DNA from: Candidatus Poribacteria bacterium
GTDB lineage: Bacteria; Poribacteria; WGA-4E; PCPOR2b
DNA: 64,000 nucleotides
Direction of reading: 5' to 3'
Assembly: GCA_965116925.1 (NCBI GenBank)
Contig: OZ220744.1
Span: forward strand, 1,600,001-1,664,000
Positions 1-10,201 of this stretch are shown in pieces. Below the pieces are notes generated by a model, which did not search any database, was not told the DNA's origin, and saw only the letters and a program-made list of their open reading frames with translations. The position numbers and the translations under genes are program-made. The number at the start of each line of letters is the position of its first letter. Position 1 is the stretch's first letter.

Positions 1-3000
1 TAATGAAGGGGATTCAGCGGATCAAGCGGTTAATACATCAACACTACACCGTACAGAGATAGCTGTCAGGTGTATTGTACCAGAGATGCAAGAGGTTGAA
101 TCTGTAAAACTGACCTACCAGCCGGAGGAAGGACGCTATGTTGGATCGGTAGTTACAGGCTACAATGAAGCCCCCGCGTCGAATAATGGTCTTCTGGAAG
201 CGTTGGGTGCACAAAGGGTGGTAGCAATTTATTTGGATGAGATCCAAGTAACCGGCGAGACAGCCGTCCCGGTTAGCGCGCAGGTAGGCACCGTCATCGG
301 CGACACAGGGCGAATCGAATTAGGGTTGACAGACCGTCTCCTGTTATTGGACAATCAAAAATTTTTCAAGGCAGGCAGCACACTGAATGTCCTGTTGCGA
401 GACATAGATTTGAGCCGCAATGAGAATCAGTGGGAAACCGTCAATGTTTTATTGAACGGCGATCGGCTCAAGGACCGGTATCAACTCAGCTTGAAAGAGG
501 CACATGATGTTTCGGGTCAATTCACAGGGACATTTGAGACCCAGTATGCGACAGACGCAAACCGGTCCAACGATGTGCTTGAAGTCACAGGCAATGAGGT
601 TATAACAGTCAGCTATGTTGACGCACTAGCTGGGTCTGGAAACACACAAGTCACGGTCACAGACACAGCGCAGGTCAGGGCTGGAAAAAATGGGGTGCTC
701 GACATCCTCAAAGCGAATTACGTCACCAATTTGGAAAACTTTAACGCAGGCGACAGACTCTACTTTCGTCTCCACGACACAGACATCACTGATGAATTCG
801 TTGAAATCACGCTTGTTGGAGAAACGCTGAAAGATCGAGAAACAGTTCGGTTGTTCCAATCGATGGAGGAAGGGACCCGCATCTACCCTGTCGAAGGAAC
901 TTTCTTCGGTTTAATCCAAACTGCCTACGGTACACAGCGTCAAGAGAACGACGGGATCTTGCAGGTGGGAGGAACAGAGCAGGTACAAGCCATCTATATC
1001 GATGATCTGCAATCAACGGGTGAAACCAACGTGGCATTTCATGATAGTTGTGAGGCGAATGTTGGCATCACCGGGAAGCTCAAAGTCTATAACAAGAACA
1101 ATTTTGATTATGCCTTGGCTCAAAATCTTGAGGCATCAAGTTTCCGAGCCGGTGATACGTTGATTTTGGAAATCCAAGACGCCGATCTGGCTGGCACAGC
1201 TGTAATTGTACAGCTGCTTGAGACCGATTTCACCGAAGTTGCAGTTAGGGATAGTACCAGTGTGACGTTGGCTAAAACAGCAGATAGTGTGGACATTTTT
1301 CGCGGTGAGATTAGAACTATCTACGGTAATAACCCTATTTTAGACGATAATATCTTGCAGGTACAGGGCGAAGGGGTTGTGATATGCACTTATATTGATG
1401 CCCTACAGAACACAGGGGCAACCTTAGTGCCTATTCAAGAGAGGCTTTCTGTCGAAACGGGCGATAAAGGTGAATTGGAAATCTATAGCGCAGACAGTGG
1501 TGTGATTATCAGCGGTTCTGCTGTGGGCACCGGCAGCTTCAACGTGGGTGAAAGGTTGAGAATACGCTTAACAGATAAGGATCTGAATCTATCTCCAACG
1601 GTGTCCGACAGTGCGAAGGTGACAGTTTGGGGCAATGTCGTTGCTGATAATGTTCAGATAACCGTACGTGAGACATCAATCGACAGTACCGTTTTTGAGG
1701 GTAATCTTCTGACCCAAAAAGGAGAATCGTCAATCATTGAGGGCGACACACCAATCGGTACAGATGAAATCCTACAAATCACGGACAAAGAGGTTATCAC
1801 CGCTGTATATATCGACAGAATTACTGCAACCGGCGAAACGGAAGTTCAGACCCAAACCCAAGCTGTTGTGTTGGGCAGCAGTGCGGGCATGCTGCGCATC
1901 GTTGATGCACACATCATCAATTCGTTGTTTAACCCCGACGCGGCAACTCCTATCTTCACGGCAGCACCGAAAGATTTCGCATCAACCCATGAATTAGGTA
2001 GTTTTGACGCCGGTCAGATAATCTACTTCTGGCTGGAAGATCTGCTTCTTAGCACGGTCATTGAAGCCGATGAAGTCAAGATTACGGTTACCGGTGACAA
2101 AACAAAGGATGCGGTTGAAGTTACACTTCGTAAAAAGTTGGGTGCTGAAGGAATTTTTACCGGCTCGGTTCCGACCCGCTATGGCACCGCCCCGGTTGCG
2201 GATGAAACTCTGGACGTACAAGGTGACGAAGAGATACGAGCAACCTATACCCCTAATTTTCTAGGGGTAAACTACCCTGTCGTCGAAGATTTCGCTTACG
2301 CCAACAAGGGGGTTGCTGGGTATCTCGCAATCACTCGGCGCGACGGGACACCGGTTCGGCACTTTAATGTAGGAATTCCCCTCCATTTTCGACTGGAGGA
2401 CGCAGATCTGAATCTCAATTCCTTTGAAGTTGAATCGACAACGCTAAAGGTTGTGACAGAAGCACAGGAAACATCAATTACGCTCTATGAGGAGAACGCC
2501 AATTCCCCCATCTTCCGAGGACAGATTTTTACACAGTATGGGCGAGCAATAATCGACGAATCAGCGTCTGCTTTGGAAATGGGGGATGAATCGCCAATCC
2601 TTAGACTGGTTGGTGGTGATACTGTCAGGGCAACTTATGAAGATAGACTTACGGATACGGGCAAAACCAACGTTGAAATCAGTATAAGCTGTCGCGCAAA
2701 TTTTATTGCTTGGGCACCGCATACAAATCGGCCGGTGTTGATTGATGGCCATGAAGACGGTTGGCCCCTTGAAAAAGTCATCAAAACCTCCCAAGATGAA
2801 GGGCTGCTCTGGTTGCAGTGGGACCGAGATAACCTTTATCTGCTCGCACAGATCTATGATGAAAATGTGGTCGTGCCAGATGTCATCGAATATTACCGCG
2901 ATGCAGATGCGCTGGAACTGCACATAGATCTGCAGCCGGACGCGGTCAAAAAGCCGAACTACTTGCAGATGGAACACGATCCGAACCGGTATGTGATTTG

Positions 3001-3331
3001 GATATGTCCAAAAGGAGGTGGTTTCCACGGAGACCGCCCCTATATCGGGCAGGGAGCACCCGAATTTATCCCGAACTATCAAGCAGCAAATCTCGATGTC
3101 GCAGTGAGGCAGCAGACGAATTATTATATTATAGAGGCGCGCATCCCATTTTTCCCTGTACTTCGCGGATTTCATCCCCTGAAAACCAGACATCATAACC
3201 GCATCGGCTTCAACTTTGTCATCCACCGATCCAACAATCAAGCGATCTACTGGGCAGCGCAGATACCAGAGGCGGGGCCCGTGTTTCCAAGCGATTTGGG
3301 ACTACTAATTTTGGAATCACCGGTGCCTTAA
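1..3331 (+). CDS. Large surface/secreted repeat protein (5'-truncated by window): >=6.5 beta-rich ~115-135 aa repeats plus C-terminal CBM9/DOMON-like sugar-binding domain
   Basis: Frame is open from position 2 to the ATG at 86, so the gene starts upstream. Repeat pattern FxxGxxLxxxLxDxDL...FxGxxxTxYG...LxVxGxE...YxD...TG. C-terminus IDGHEDGWP...LWLQWDRDNLYL...DALELHID...IEARIPF...IGFNF is CBM9-like. Confidence 0.6.
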   Translation, partial: NEGDSADQAVNTSTLHRTEIAVRCIVPEMQEVESVKLTYQPEEGRYVGSVVTGYNEAPASNNGLLEALGAQRVVAIYLDEIQVTGETAVPVSAQVGTVIGDTGRIELGLTDRLLLLDNQKFFKAGSTLNVLLRDIDLSRNENQWETVNVLLNGDRLKDRYQLSLKEAHDVSGQFTGTFETQYATDANRSNDVLEVTGNEVITVSYVDALAGSGNTQVTVTDTAQVRAGKNGVLDILKANYVTNLENFNAGDRLYFRLHDTDITDEFVEITLVGETLKDRETVRLFQSMEEGTRIYPVEGTFFGLIQTAYGTQRQENDGILQVGGTEQVQAIYIDDLQSTGETNVAFHDSCEANVGITGKLKVYNKNNFDYALAQNLEASSFRAGDTLILEIQDADLAGTAVIVQLLETDFTEVAVRDSTSVTLAKTADSVDIFRGEIRTIYGNNPILDDNILQVQGEGVVICTYIDALQNTGATLVPIQERLSVETGDKGELEIYSADSGVIISGSAVGTGSFNVGERLRIRLTDKDLNLSPTVSDSAKVTVWGNVVADNVQITVRETSIDSTVFEGNLLTQKGESSIIEGDTPIGTDEILQITDKEVITAVYIDRITATGETEVQTQTQAVVLGSSAGMLRIVDAHIINSLFNPDAATPIFTAAPKDFASTHELGSFDAGQIIYFWLEDLLLSTVIEADEVKITVTGDKTKDAVEVTLRKKLGAEGIFTGSVPTRYGTAPVADETLDVQGDEEIRATYTPNFLGVNYPVVEDFAYANKGVAGYLAITRRDGTPVRHFNVGIPLHFRLEDADLNLNSFEVESTTLKVVTEAQETSITLYEENANSPIFRGQIFTQYGRAIIDESASALEMGDESPILRLVGGDTVRATYEDRLTDTGKTNVEISISCRANFIAWAPHTNRPVLIDGHEDGWPLEKVIKTSQDEGLLWLQWDRDNLYLLAQIYDENVVVPDVIEYYRDADALELHIDLQPDAVKKPNYLQMEHDPNRYVIWICPKGGGFHGDRPYIGQGAPEFIPNYQAANLDVAVRQQTNYYIIEARIPFFPVLRGFHPLKTRHHNRIGFNFVIHRSNNQAIYWAAQIPEAGPVFPSDLGLLILESPVP

Positions 3332-3587
3332 ATCGCACACTTTAACTTATAATCCCAATCTGCAATCAACAATAAGAATCTCAACGATGAGATGAAGATA
3401 AAATGTAATTGCTTGTAACTGTTTGTAATTCGATTGGCGGGCATGACGAAACGTTTCATGCTGAAATAGGGACAATTTTCCCATTTGCGCGGGAAAAATG
3501 GGAAAATTTGATTTTCGCACGGAAAACGTAACCTTTTTAATCTCACTCATGCTACCTTAACACCTCATCTTTTAACTGCGTAAGTCC

Positions 3588-3736
3588 TAGGGCTATTTAG
3601 TTTTCCGTTTTTTAACCGATTTTGAAACGACCCGAGTCCGTAGGCGGGGCATTCCCGATAAATCGGGATCCAAAGCGACTTGCCCCGCCGTAGCCTTGAT
3701 AGGAACATTGAGTCACGCGAGAATTAAATGACCCTA
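3588..3736. mobile_element. MITE-like element with 12-bp imperfect TIRs, 8-bp target duplication and internal REP-like hairpin
   Basis: TAGGGCTATTTA (3588-3599) / TAAATGACCCTA (3725-3736), flanked by GTAAGTCC at 3580-3587 and 3737-3744; internal GTAGGCGGGGCA...TGCCCCGCC. Confidence 0.55.
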
Positions 3737-3753
3737 GTAAGTCCTATTTTTTA

Positions 3754-3782
3754 TTGACGCTGTTGGTCTGAAGTGATATGAT
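3754..3782 (+). promoter_or_regulatory. Sigma-70-type promoter for mobA-moeA
   Basis: TTGACG-17 bp-TATGAT with extended TG. Confidence 0.5.
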
Positions 3783-3895
3783 GAGATTTCATGCGTGTTG
3801 ACAAGCGCAGGGCTTGGGTCATTGGGGCATTTTATAGCGGGTTGAGGCTGTGCACCTCCGTTTTGCTCAGAACACAGAATATTGGAATCTCATGA

Positions 3896-4540
3896 ATGAT
3901 TATGGAAGCTGCTAACCCCCTAGTTACAGGCGTTATACTTGCCGGTGGACGGAGCCGCCGGATGGGGCAGAACAAGGCGTTGATGCGTTTGAGAGATGAG
4001 CCACTTATCGCACATGTCATCCGCCAAATGGAATCGGTCGCGGATGAGCTCCTACTGATCACAAATGAACGGGATCTATATACAGACCTGAAGCTGCCGA
4101 TGTACGCAGATATAGTACCGGACATGGGGGCATTGGGTGGGCTCCACACAGGGCTGGCTTACGCCGCAAACAGTACCGTGATCTGTGTTGGCTGCGATAT
4201 GCCGCTGTTGCAGCCGAACCTTCTATCTCATCTAGTCACCCTCCTCGGTAATCATGATGCCGTAGTTCCCTGTGTTCAATCGACGGACCGGTTTACCCCC
4301 GTCTTTCAAACCTTGTCGGCTGTTTATTCCAAGCGGTGTTTACCTATTATTGATGAAATGCTGGCAGTCGGCGAACTGCGCGTTCATGCGCTGTACGATC
4401 GCATTGATGCTCGGATTGTCCAACCGCATGAATGGCGGGCGTTTGATCCACGGGGGCTTTCATTTTTTAACATTAATACACCTGAAGACTTTGAAAAGGC
4501 GAATAAATATATGGGAGAAAACCGTCATGTTAACAGTTGA
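3896..4540 (+). CDS. mobA: Molybdenum cofactor guanylyltransferase
   Basis: GVILAGGRSRRMGQNKA, GALGGL, GCDMP, FFNINTPED motifs. Confidence 0.93.
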   Translation: MIMEAANPLVTGVILAGGRSRRMGQNKALMRLRDEPLIAHVIRQMESVADELLLITNERDLYTDLKLPMYADIVPDMGALGGLHTGLAYAANSTVICVGCDMPLLQPNLLSHLVTLLGNHDAVVPCVQSTDRFTPVFQTLSAVYSKRCLPIIDEMLAVGELRVHALYDRIDARIVQPHEWRAFDPRGLSFFNINTPEDFEKANKYMGENRHVNS

Positions 4541-5729
4541 AGAGGCACGTCAGCGGATGTTAGACACTATTACCGTTTTACCTACAGAAGCACGTGGCAT
4601 TTTAGACAGTCTCGGGGCGATCCTCGCTGAAGATGTGTACGCTAGCGAGAACATACCACCGTTTCACAATTCAGCGATGGACGGCTTTGCTGTAGTTGCC
4701 GAGGATGTGTCAAATGCCTCCAAAGCGGATCCGGTTCAGTTGTCGATTGTTGAGACGATTCAGGCGGGATATGCACCCAAAATCCGTGTCCTGCATGGGA
4801 GTGCTGCGCGCATTATGACAGGCGCGATGATGCCCGAAGGTGCGGATGCCGTTGTGATGCAGGAAGTGACAGAATTGGCAGGGGAGCAGGTTGCAATCTT
4901 TGAGGGTGTGGGAAAAGATGAGAACGTCCGGTTCAGGGGCGAGAGTGTGGAACAGGGTGATCTGGTTATGTCAAAAGGGAAGCAGATACGCCCACAGGAA
5001 ATTGCGATGTTTGCCTCGCTAAACCGATCCAAAGTTGAGGTTTACAAACGTCCGAAAGTCGCGGTGGTTTCCACAGGCGATGAGCTTACGCCCCTTGGGG
5101 AGCCGCTTGCGGCGGGCAAGATTCGGGATAGCAACCGCTACGGTATTTGCGCCCAGATCGAAGAGGCTGGCTGCTATCCTATTGACATGGGAATCGCCCG
5201 TGACGATGAAGCAGAGACGGAGCGGAAGTTCCGCGAAGCATTGGACGGGGCGGACGCCCTCATCACCAGCGGTGGGGTCTCTGTCGGAGAATTCGACGTT
5301 GTCAAAGCGGTACTATCTAAACTTGGTGAGATCAATTTCTGGCGCGTAGCGATGAAGCCGGGAAAGCCACAAGCTTACGGCATTGCTGATGGCAAACCGA
5401 TTTTTGGGCTGCCGGGGAATCCGGTTTCTTCGTTGGTTGTGTTTGAGCTCTTTGTCCGCCCTGCCCTCCTCAAAATGGCGGGACATTCGGAGCTGCTCCG
5501 CCCGACCTTCAGCGCGGTTTTGGAAGAAAATGTTTCCAACAGGGATGGACGTGTCAGTTTTATGCGCTCAGTTATCACCTCACGTGACGGGAAGTATTAC
5601 GCAAAGACAACGGGACCACAAGGTTCGGGCATCCTTCATTCACTTGTCCTAGCTAACGGTTTTATCGTTATTCCAGCAGGCGTGACGATAAATGCGGGTG
5701 AAACGGTAGAGGCGCAATTCATGGGGTAA
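4527..5729 (+). CDS. moeA: Molybdopterin molybdotransferase
   Basis: PPFHNSAMDGFA, IMTGA, STGDEL, DSN, TSGGVSVG, KPGKP, GLPGNP. Real start is MLTVEEA at 4527, overlapping the mobA end; the ORF-track extension from 4272 is spurious. Confidence 0.95.
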   Translation: MLTVEEARQRMLDTITVLPTEARGILDSLGAILAEDVYASENIPPFHNSAMDGFAVVAEDVSNASKADPVQLSIVETIQAGYAPKIRVLHGSAARIMTGAMMPEGADAVVMQEVTELAGEQVAIFEGVGKDENVRFRGESVEQGDLVMSKGKQIRPQEIAMFASLNRSKVEVYKRPKVAVVSTGDELTPLGEPLAAGKIRDSNRYGICAQIEEAGCYPIDMGIARDDEAETERKFREALDGADALITSGGVSVGEFDVVKAVLSKLGEINFWRVAMKPGKPQAYGIADGKPIFGLPGNPVSSLVVFELFVRPALLKMAGHSELLRPTFSAVLEENVSNRDGRVSFMRSVITSRDGKYYAKTTGPQGSGILHSLVLANGFIVIPAGVTINAGETVEAQFMG

Positions 5730-5823
5730 GTAGAGAACAACGGTCCTCGTTCTCTGCTGGGATCACAATCTAACAGATCGTGCTACAAAAGGTAAGTAGG
5801 GAACAACGATTGTTGTTCCCTAC
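5730..5823. repeat. Pair of GTAG-initiated REP-like hairpins between convergent genes (possible terminator)
   Basis: GTAGAGAACAACGGTCCTCGTTCTCTGC (5730-5757) and GTAGGGAACAACGATTGTTGTTCCCTAC (5796-5823), both preceded by GGTAA. Confidence 0.6.
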
Positions 5824-5850
5824 CGCGAAATTGCCGCGAATTGGATTGGA

Positions 5851-6996
5851 TTACCCGTCAATACGGTTTGCTTCAATGTAATCCCAATCGTATTCTATAC
5901 CCAGTCCGGGCTTTTGGGAAACGATGACATTGCCTTCGGAGTCGATTGGATCATCAATGGCTTTCAGATACGGCGGTGGCTCTTCATAATCTACACCGGG
6001 GCGTAGGAGTCCGCGCTCGTAATACCGGCAGGTGGCTTCCGGTGCAGCACATGCGAGATGGACATGAGGAGCACCCGTGCCGTGCAGTTCGCACTGTATG
6101 CCGTAAGCCTGACAGAGATTAATCATCTTCCAGCATCCTGTTATCCCACCGTAGAAGATGTCAATACGCATCATGTCGGACGCGCCTTGTAGTATCCACT
6201 CCGCCCGGCTGAACACGCCGCCCGGTACATGCTCCGGTGAGCAGATGGCGATGTCCAACTCGCGGCAGAGTCGCCGGTACGCTTCAACACGGGTTTCGAT
6301 CATAGGGTGTTCTAACCAGTAGTAATTGAGTTTCTCCAACTCACGCCCTACCCAGATTGCTTCATCCAAGGTATAGACACCAAACGGATCCAGCATCAGG
6401 ACCATGTCATCCCCTACCGCCTCGCGCACCGCTCTGCATACCTCGACATCTTCCTTTGGGAAACCCGGCAGTTGAGGTGCAGGCTCTTCGGTATGGGGAT
6501 TCCAGCAGATGTAGGCGTGGACCTTGTACGCTTTGTAGCCTTTCGCCTTACAAGCTCGTGCATGTTCAGCATAAACTTCGGGACCTCCTAGGTTGGGGAA
6601 CGTACTTGCATAGGCTTTGACTTTATCACGCGCTCCACCTAGCAGCTGGTAGACCGGGACACCTGCCTTGTTGCCTAGCAGATCCCACAGCGCGCAATCA
6701 ACCAGTCCCATTTCATGCTCCGAGGGCCTATGACTGAAAGTGGACATCTGGTCCATCCAGTGCCAGATTTGCTCTCGGTGCAACGGATTTTCTCCCAGAA
6801 TGAGTGGTTTGATAACCCCCTCCATCGTGGCTTTGTCGCCCCCAAGCATATGCCCTTCGACACCTTCGTCAGTCGAGATCTTGGTGATTGCGCCTACACT
6901 ATCCACTTCGTCTCCCCAGATACCATACCCCCACTTGGTAGGGTGGCCTCGGGTCGTTGTCCGAAACTGAATGACCTCTATGTCAGTTATTTTCAT
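5851..6996 (-). CDS. Mandelate racemase/muconate lactonizing enzyme (enolase superfamily) protein
   Basis: MKITDIE start, DCALWDL.G...GVPVYQLLGG, YKAYKVH, LMLD, WLEHP, C-terminal KPGLGIE. Confidence 0.88.
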   Translation of the reverse strand: MKITDIEVIQFRTTTRGHPTKWGYGIWGDEVDSVGAITKISTDEGVEGHMLGGDKATMEGVIKPLILGENPLHREQIWHWMDQMSTFSHRPSEHEMGLVDCALWDLLGNKAGVPVYQLLGGARDKVKAYASTFPNLGGPEVYAEHARACKAKGYKAYKVHAYICWNPHTEEPAPQLPGFPKEDVEVCRAVREAVGDDMVLMLDPFGVYTLDEAIWVGRELEKLNYYWLEHPMIETRVEAYRRLCRELDIAICSPEHVPGGVFSRAEWILQGASDMMRIDIFYGGITGCWKMINLCQAYGIQCELHGTGAPHVHLACAAPEATCRYYERGLLRPGVDYEEPPPYLKAIDDPIDSEGNVIVSQKPGLGIEYDWDYIEANRIDG

Positions 6997-7025
6997 GGTT
7001 TTCCTCCTAACAGTAAATTGGTAAT

Positions 7026-7158
7026 TATAGTGGGTTTAGAATTAATGAGACACTCCAAACCGGTGCGGTTACAAACCGCACCTACCGGGCCTGGGGAAAA
7101 TTTGGCAACTGCCCCCACTGGAGACGAAAGTGTCCATTTATTTTTAGAATTCACCATA
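7026..7158. repeat. MITE-like element with ~30-bp imperfect terminal inverted repeats and internal REP hairpin
   Basis: TATAGTGG...GACACT at left and AGTGTCC...TCACCATA at right; internal GGTGCGGTT-ACA-AACCGCACC-TAC (7062-7085). Related ends at 22192-22438. Confidence 0.5.
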
Positions 7159-7298
7159 AATGACCCTAAACAGATAAGATAAAAACGATAGATCGAATAT
7201 AGGTTGTATGATATACTGAATACACTCATTTGTCGACAAGAAACTTATCTCAATAAAACCGATAGGTGTGGAATTGACAGTAGAGAAGGAGCTTGAAA

Positions 7299-8324
7299 AT
7301 GGCAAACACAACCCCGCGCTTTTTGACTGCGGAACTTGGTGTAGAACATCTGTTGCAGCAGATGCCATCCCTGCATTTTACCGGAACATCAAAGGCAGAG
7401 TGGCGGGAATGGCGCAAGGCTTTTCGGCGTAAGTTAGTCAAAGATTTGGGTCCGAAACCGGAAGCTATCCCGTTAGAGGTCGAGGTGTTGGAACGGGTAG
7501 AGATGGATGGATACATACGAGAGAAGATTATTTTTAATCCCGATCCCTTCTCTTCTATTCCCGCTTATGTTCTGAGTCCTGAAGGGGCAGGTCCGGACAG
7601 TCGTTGCCCGGCGGTGCTTTGTGCACACGGGCACGGGATTGGAAAAGATCCGCTCGCCGGCATAGGTGAGGATTACCAGAAACAGTTCGCCGTCGAGTTG
7701 ACACGGCAGGGCTTCGTCACAATTGCACCGGACTGGCGCACCTTCGGTGAGCGTAAAGATCGGGATGAATGGGTTCGCCGCCCCGGCCGTGACGGGTGCA
7801 ATGTTGCCTATATGGCATACGGTTACTTTGGGTATCAACTACTCCAACTCCATATCTGTGACGCCCAACGGTGCTTGGACTACCTACAATCGCGACGCGA
7901 TGTAGATGGGAGCCGGCTTGGTTGTATGGGCTGTTCATTCGGTGGAACGATGACAACCTATGTTTCTGCGTTGGATCAACGGATAAAGGCGGCGGTTATT
8001 GTATGCTATCTCAGCACGCTGACCGATGCACTCAACGATCGGGGCCGTGGAAATACTTGCGGTTCTCAGTTTATGTTTGGGCTGCGTGGCCATGGTGATA
8101 TATCAGATGTAGCGGGATTAATTGCACCGCGTCCCTGCATGGCACAGATAGCATCGGACGATACTTGTTTCATCGCGGCAGACGCCAAAAGTGCGTTTAA
8201 TCACATTGAGCAGATTTATGCTGCAGCCGGTTGTCCAGATAACCTTGAGCTGGACTACTTTGAAGGGGGTCATGAGGTTGATGTTGAGCCGGGGCTAGCA
8301 TTTCTCAAGAAACATTTGATGTAA
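7299..8324 (+). CDS. Alpha/beta hydrolase (dienelactone hydrolase/acetyl esterase-like)
   Basis: PAVLCAHGHG, nucleophile GCSFGG, C-terminal GGHE; RBS AAGGAG before ATG 7299. Confidence 0.85.
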   Translation: MANTTPRFLTAELGVEHLLQQMPSLHFTGTSKAEWREWRKAFRRKLVKDLGPKPEAIPLEVEVLERVEMDGYIREKIIFNPDPFSSIPAYVLSPEGAGPDSRCPAVLCAHGHGIGKDPLAGIGEDYQKQFAVELTRQGFVTIAPDWRTFGERKDRDEWVRRPGRDGCNVAYMAYGYFGYQLLQLHICDAQRCLDYLQSRRDVDGSRLGCMGCSFGGTMTTYVSALDQRIKAAVIVCYLSTLTDALNDRGRGNTCGSQFMFGLRGHGDISDVAGLIAPRPCMAQIASDDTCFIAADAKSAFNHIEQIYAAAGCPDNLELDYFEGGHEVDVEPGLAFLKKHLM

Positions 8325-8412
8325 AACGATGAGACAAATTTTGTTGTTCCGGGAAACAGTTAATAAGAGTCCCTAATTCTATAGCTGATTCATAGCATAA
8401 TTTAACATTCTC

Positions 8413-8512
8413 AGGGCTTACGCAAATTTAGCACACAAGGGATAGATTTTTGATTTTTAACCCCCTAAATCCCCCTTATCAGGGGGACTTATGAACCCGC
8501 TGCGTAAGTCCT
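8413..8512. repeat. 100-bp miniature inverted-repeat element
   Basis: AGGGCTTACGCA (8413-8424) / TGCGTAAGTCCT (8501-8512); internal TCCCCCT-TATC-AGGGGGA hairpin. Same end motif at 3577 and about 15155. Confidence 0.6.
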
Positions 8513-8531
8513 AATTCATTGAAAGGTTATT

Positions 8532-10151
8532 GTGACGAAGCTGCAAATTCGCCCGATGGTGATTATCATTCGGGATGGTTGGGGGTACAACCCGTACCCG
8601 AAATGGAACAGCACCAACGCTATTCATCTTGCAAAAACGCCGGTTGATGATCGGCTCATGCGGGAATATCCGCATGTGTGTATTCATACGTCCGGCGAAA
8701 ATGTCGGATTACCGACAGGCACAATGGGGAATAGTGAGGTAGGGCACCAAAACATCGGTGCCGGTCGGATTGTCGATCAGGAACTTTTACGAATCAGTAA
8801 AATGGTTCAATCGGGTGAGTTCTCAAAAAACCGATCACTGATCGCTGCCATGGATAATGTCAAAGCACGGGGAACCAATCTACATATCATTGGTTTAGCA
8901 AGCGACGCCGGTGTGCACAGCTCATTAGACCACCTGTATGCTCTGCTTGCATTGGCAAAAGAAACAGGCGTCTCGGCTGACCGTGTTCTGGTTCATAACT
9001 TTAGCGACGGGCGCGACTGCCCGCCCATGAGTGGCATCAACTTCTGTAGGCAGATCGAAGCCGAGATGAAGGAGATTGGTGTTGGACAGATCGCTTCAAT
9101 AGTGGGCCGATACTATGCCATGGACCGTGATGATCATTGGGACCGGGTAGAGAAGGCCTACCGGCTGCTGACCGAGGGCGTGGGAAACCGTGTGCCGGCC
9201 GCGGTGGAAGGATACCAGCACTACTATGACTCCCCCACCAAAGGCAATCAAATCGGGGATGAATTCATTGAACCGACAGTTGTTATTGATAACAAGGGAA
9301 ATCCGTTGCCGCGCATCTCTCACGGCGATGCGGTAATCTTCTACAACTTTCGAGGCGATAGACCGCGCGAACTCTGTAACGCTTTCTGCGCCCCAAAGTT
9401 TCCATTTGAAGCAACGGGTAAAGACGGAGTCGTCCGGAAAATGGGTTTTGAACGCAGAGAGCAATTGGAGATTCAGTTCGTCGCAATGAGTGAGTATGAA
9501 CGAGGGCTTCCAGTAGAAGTTGCAATTCCGAAACCACCCAAGATGTGCAATATTCTGGGAGCGTATGCAAGCGAGCTTGGGTTGGCACAATTTCGTTGTG
9601 CCGAAACAGAGAAATTCCCTCATGTCACCTTTTTCTTTAATGACTACCAAGAGGAGCCATTTGATCGGGAGGATCGACAAATAATTCCGTCGCCGCGCGA
9701 TGTATCAACGTATGATCAGAAACCGGAAATGTCGGCACCAGAAGTTACCGAAGAGATGTTACGCCGGATAGCGTCAGGCAGATATGATCTGTTCATCCTG
9801 AACTACGCAAACGGCGACATGGTCGGTCATACAGGGTCGCTGCCCGCTTCGATTAAAGCGGTGGAATCGGTGGACGTATGTGTAGGGAAGGTGGTTGATG
9901 CGGTAATCGCAAAGGGGGGAGCGTTGATCGTGACTGCCGATCACGGCAACTGTGAGCAGATGATTGATCCCGATACCGGCGGCCCACATACCGCGCATAC
10001 AACATACCCCGTCAATCTCATTGTTGTTGATGATCGCTTCAAGGATTGTCAGTTGAGGACAGATGGCAGACTAGCGGATATTGCTCCGACTGCACTAAAA
10101 TTGCTCGGTTTGGATCAGCCCCCTGAAATGACTGGACAATCGCTGATCTGA
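8532..10151 (+). CDS. gpmI: 2,3-bisphosphoglycerate-independent phosphoglycerate mutase
   Basis: DGWG, MGNSEVGH, GRYYAMDRD, NFRGDR, AETEKFPHVTFF, DMVGHTG, TADHGN, HTAHT. Confidence 0.97.
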   Translation: MTKLQIRPMVIIIRDGWGYNPYPKWNSTNAIHLAKTPVDDRLMREYPHVCIHTSGENVGLPTGTMGNSEVGHQNIGAGRIVDQELLRISKMVQSGEFSKNRSLIAAMDNVKARGTNLHIIGLASDAGVHSSLDHLYALLALAKETGVSADRVLVHNFSDGRDCPPMSGINFCRQIEAEMKEIGVGQIASIVGRYYAMDRDDHWDRVEKAYRLLTEGVGNRVPAAVEGYQHYYDSPTKGNQIGDEFIEPTVVIDNKGNPLPRISHGDAVIFYNFRGDRPRELCNAFCAPKFPFEATGKDGVVRKMGFERREQLEIQFVAMSEYERGLPVEVAIPKPPKMCNILGAYASELGLAQFRCAETEKFPHVTFFFNDYQEEPFDREDRQIIPSPRDVSTYDQKPEMSAPEVTEEMLRRIASGRYDLFILNYANGDMVGHTGSLPASIKAVESVDVCVGKVVDAVIAKGGALIVTADHGNCEQMIDPDTGGPHTAHTTYPVNLIVVDDRFKDCQLRTDGRLADIAPTALKLLGLDQPPEMTGQSLI

Positions 10152-10201
10152 AAGTCCAACTTAAGACTCTCCCTCCTCTTTTGCGCTTTAATCTCACGAA
10201 A

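Noticed and set aside
3785..3895. Moco riboswitch in the mobA leader
   Set aside because: The context fits but I cannot identify the motif's conserved elements; an Rfam scan would be needed.
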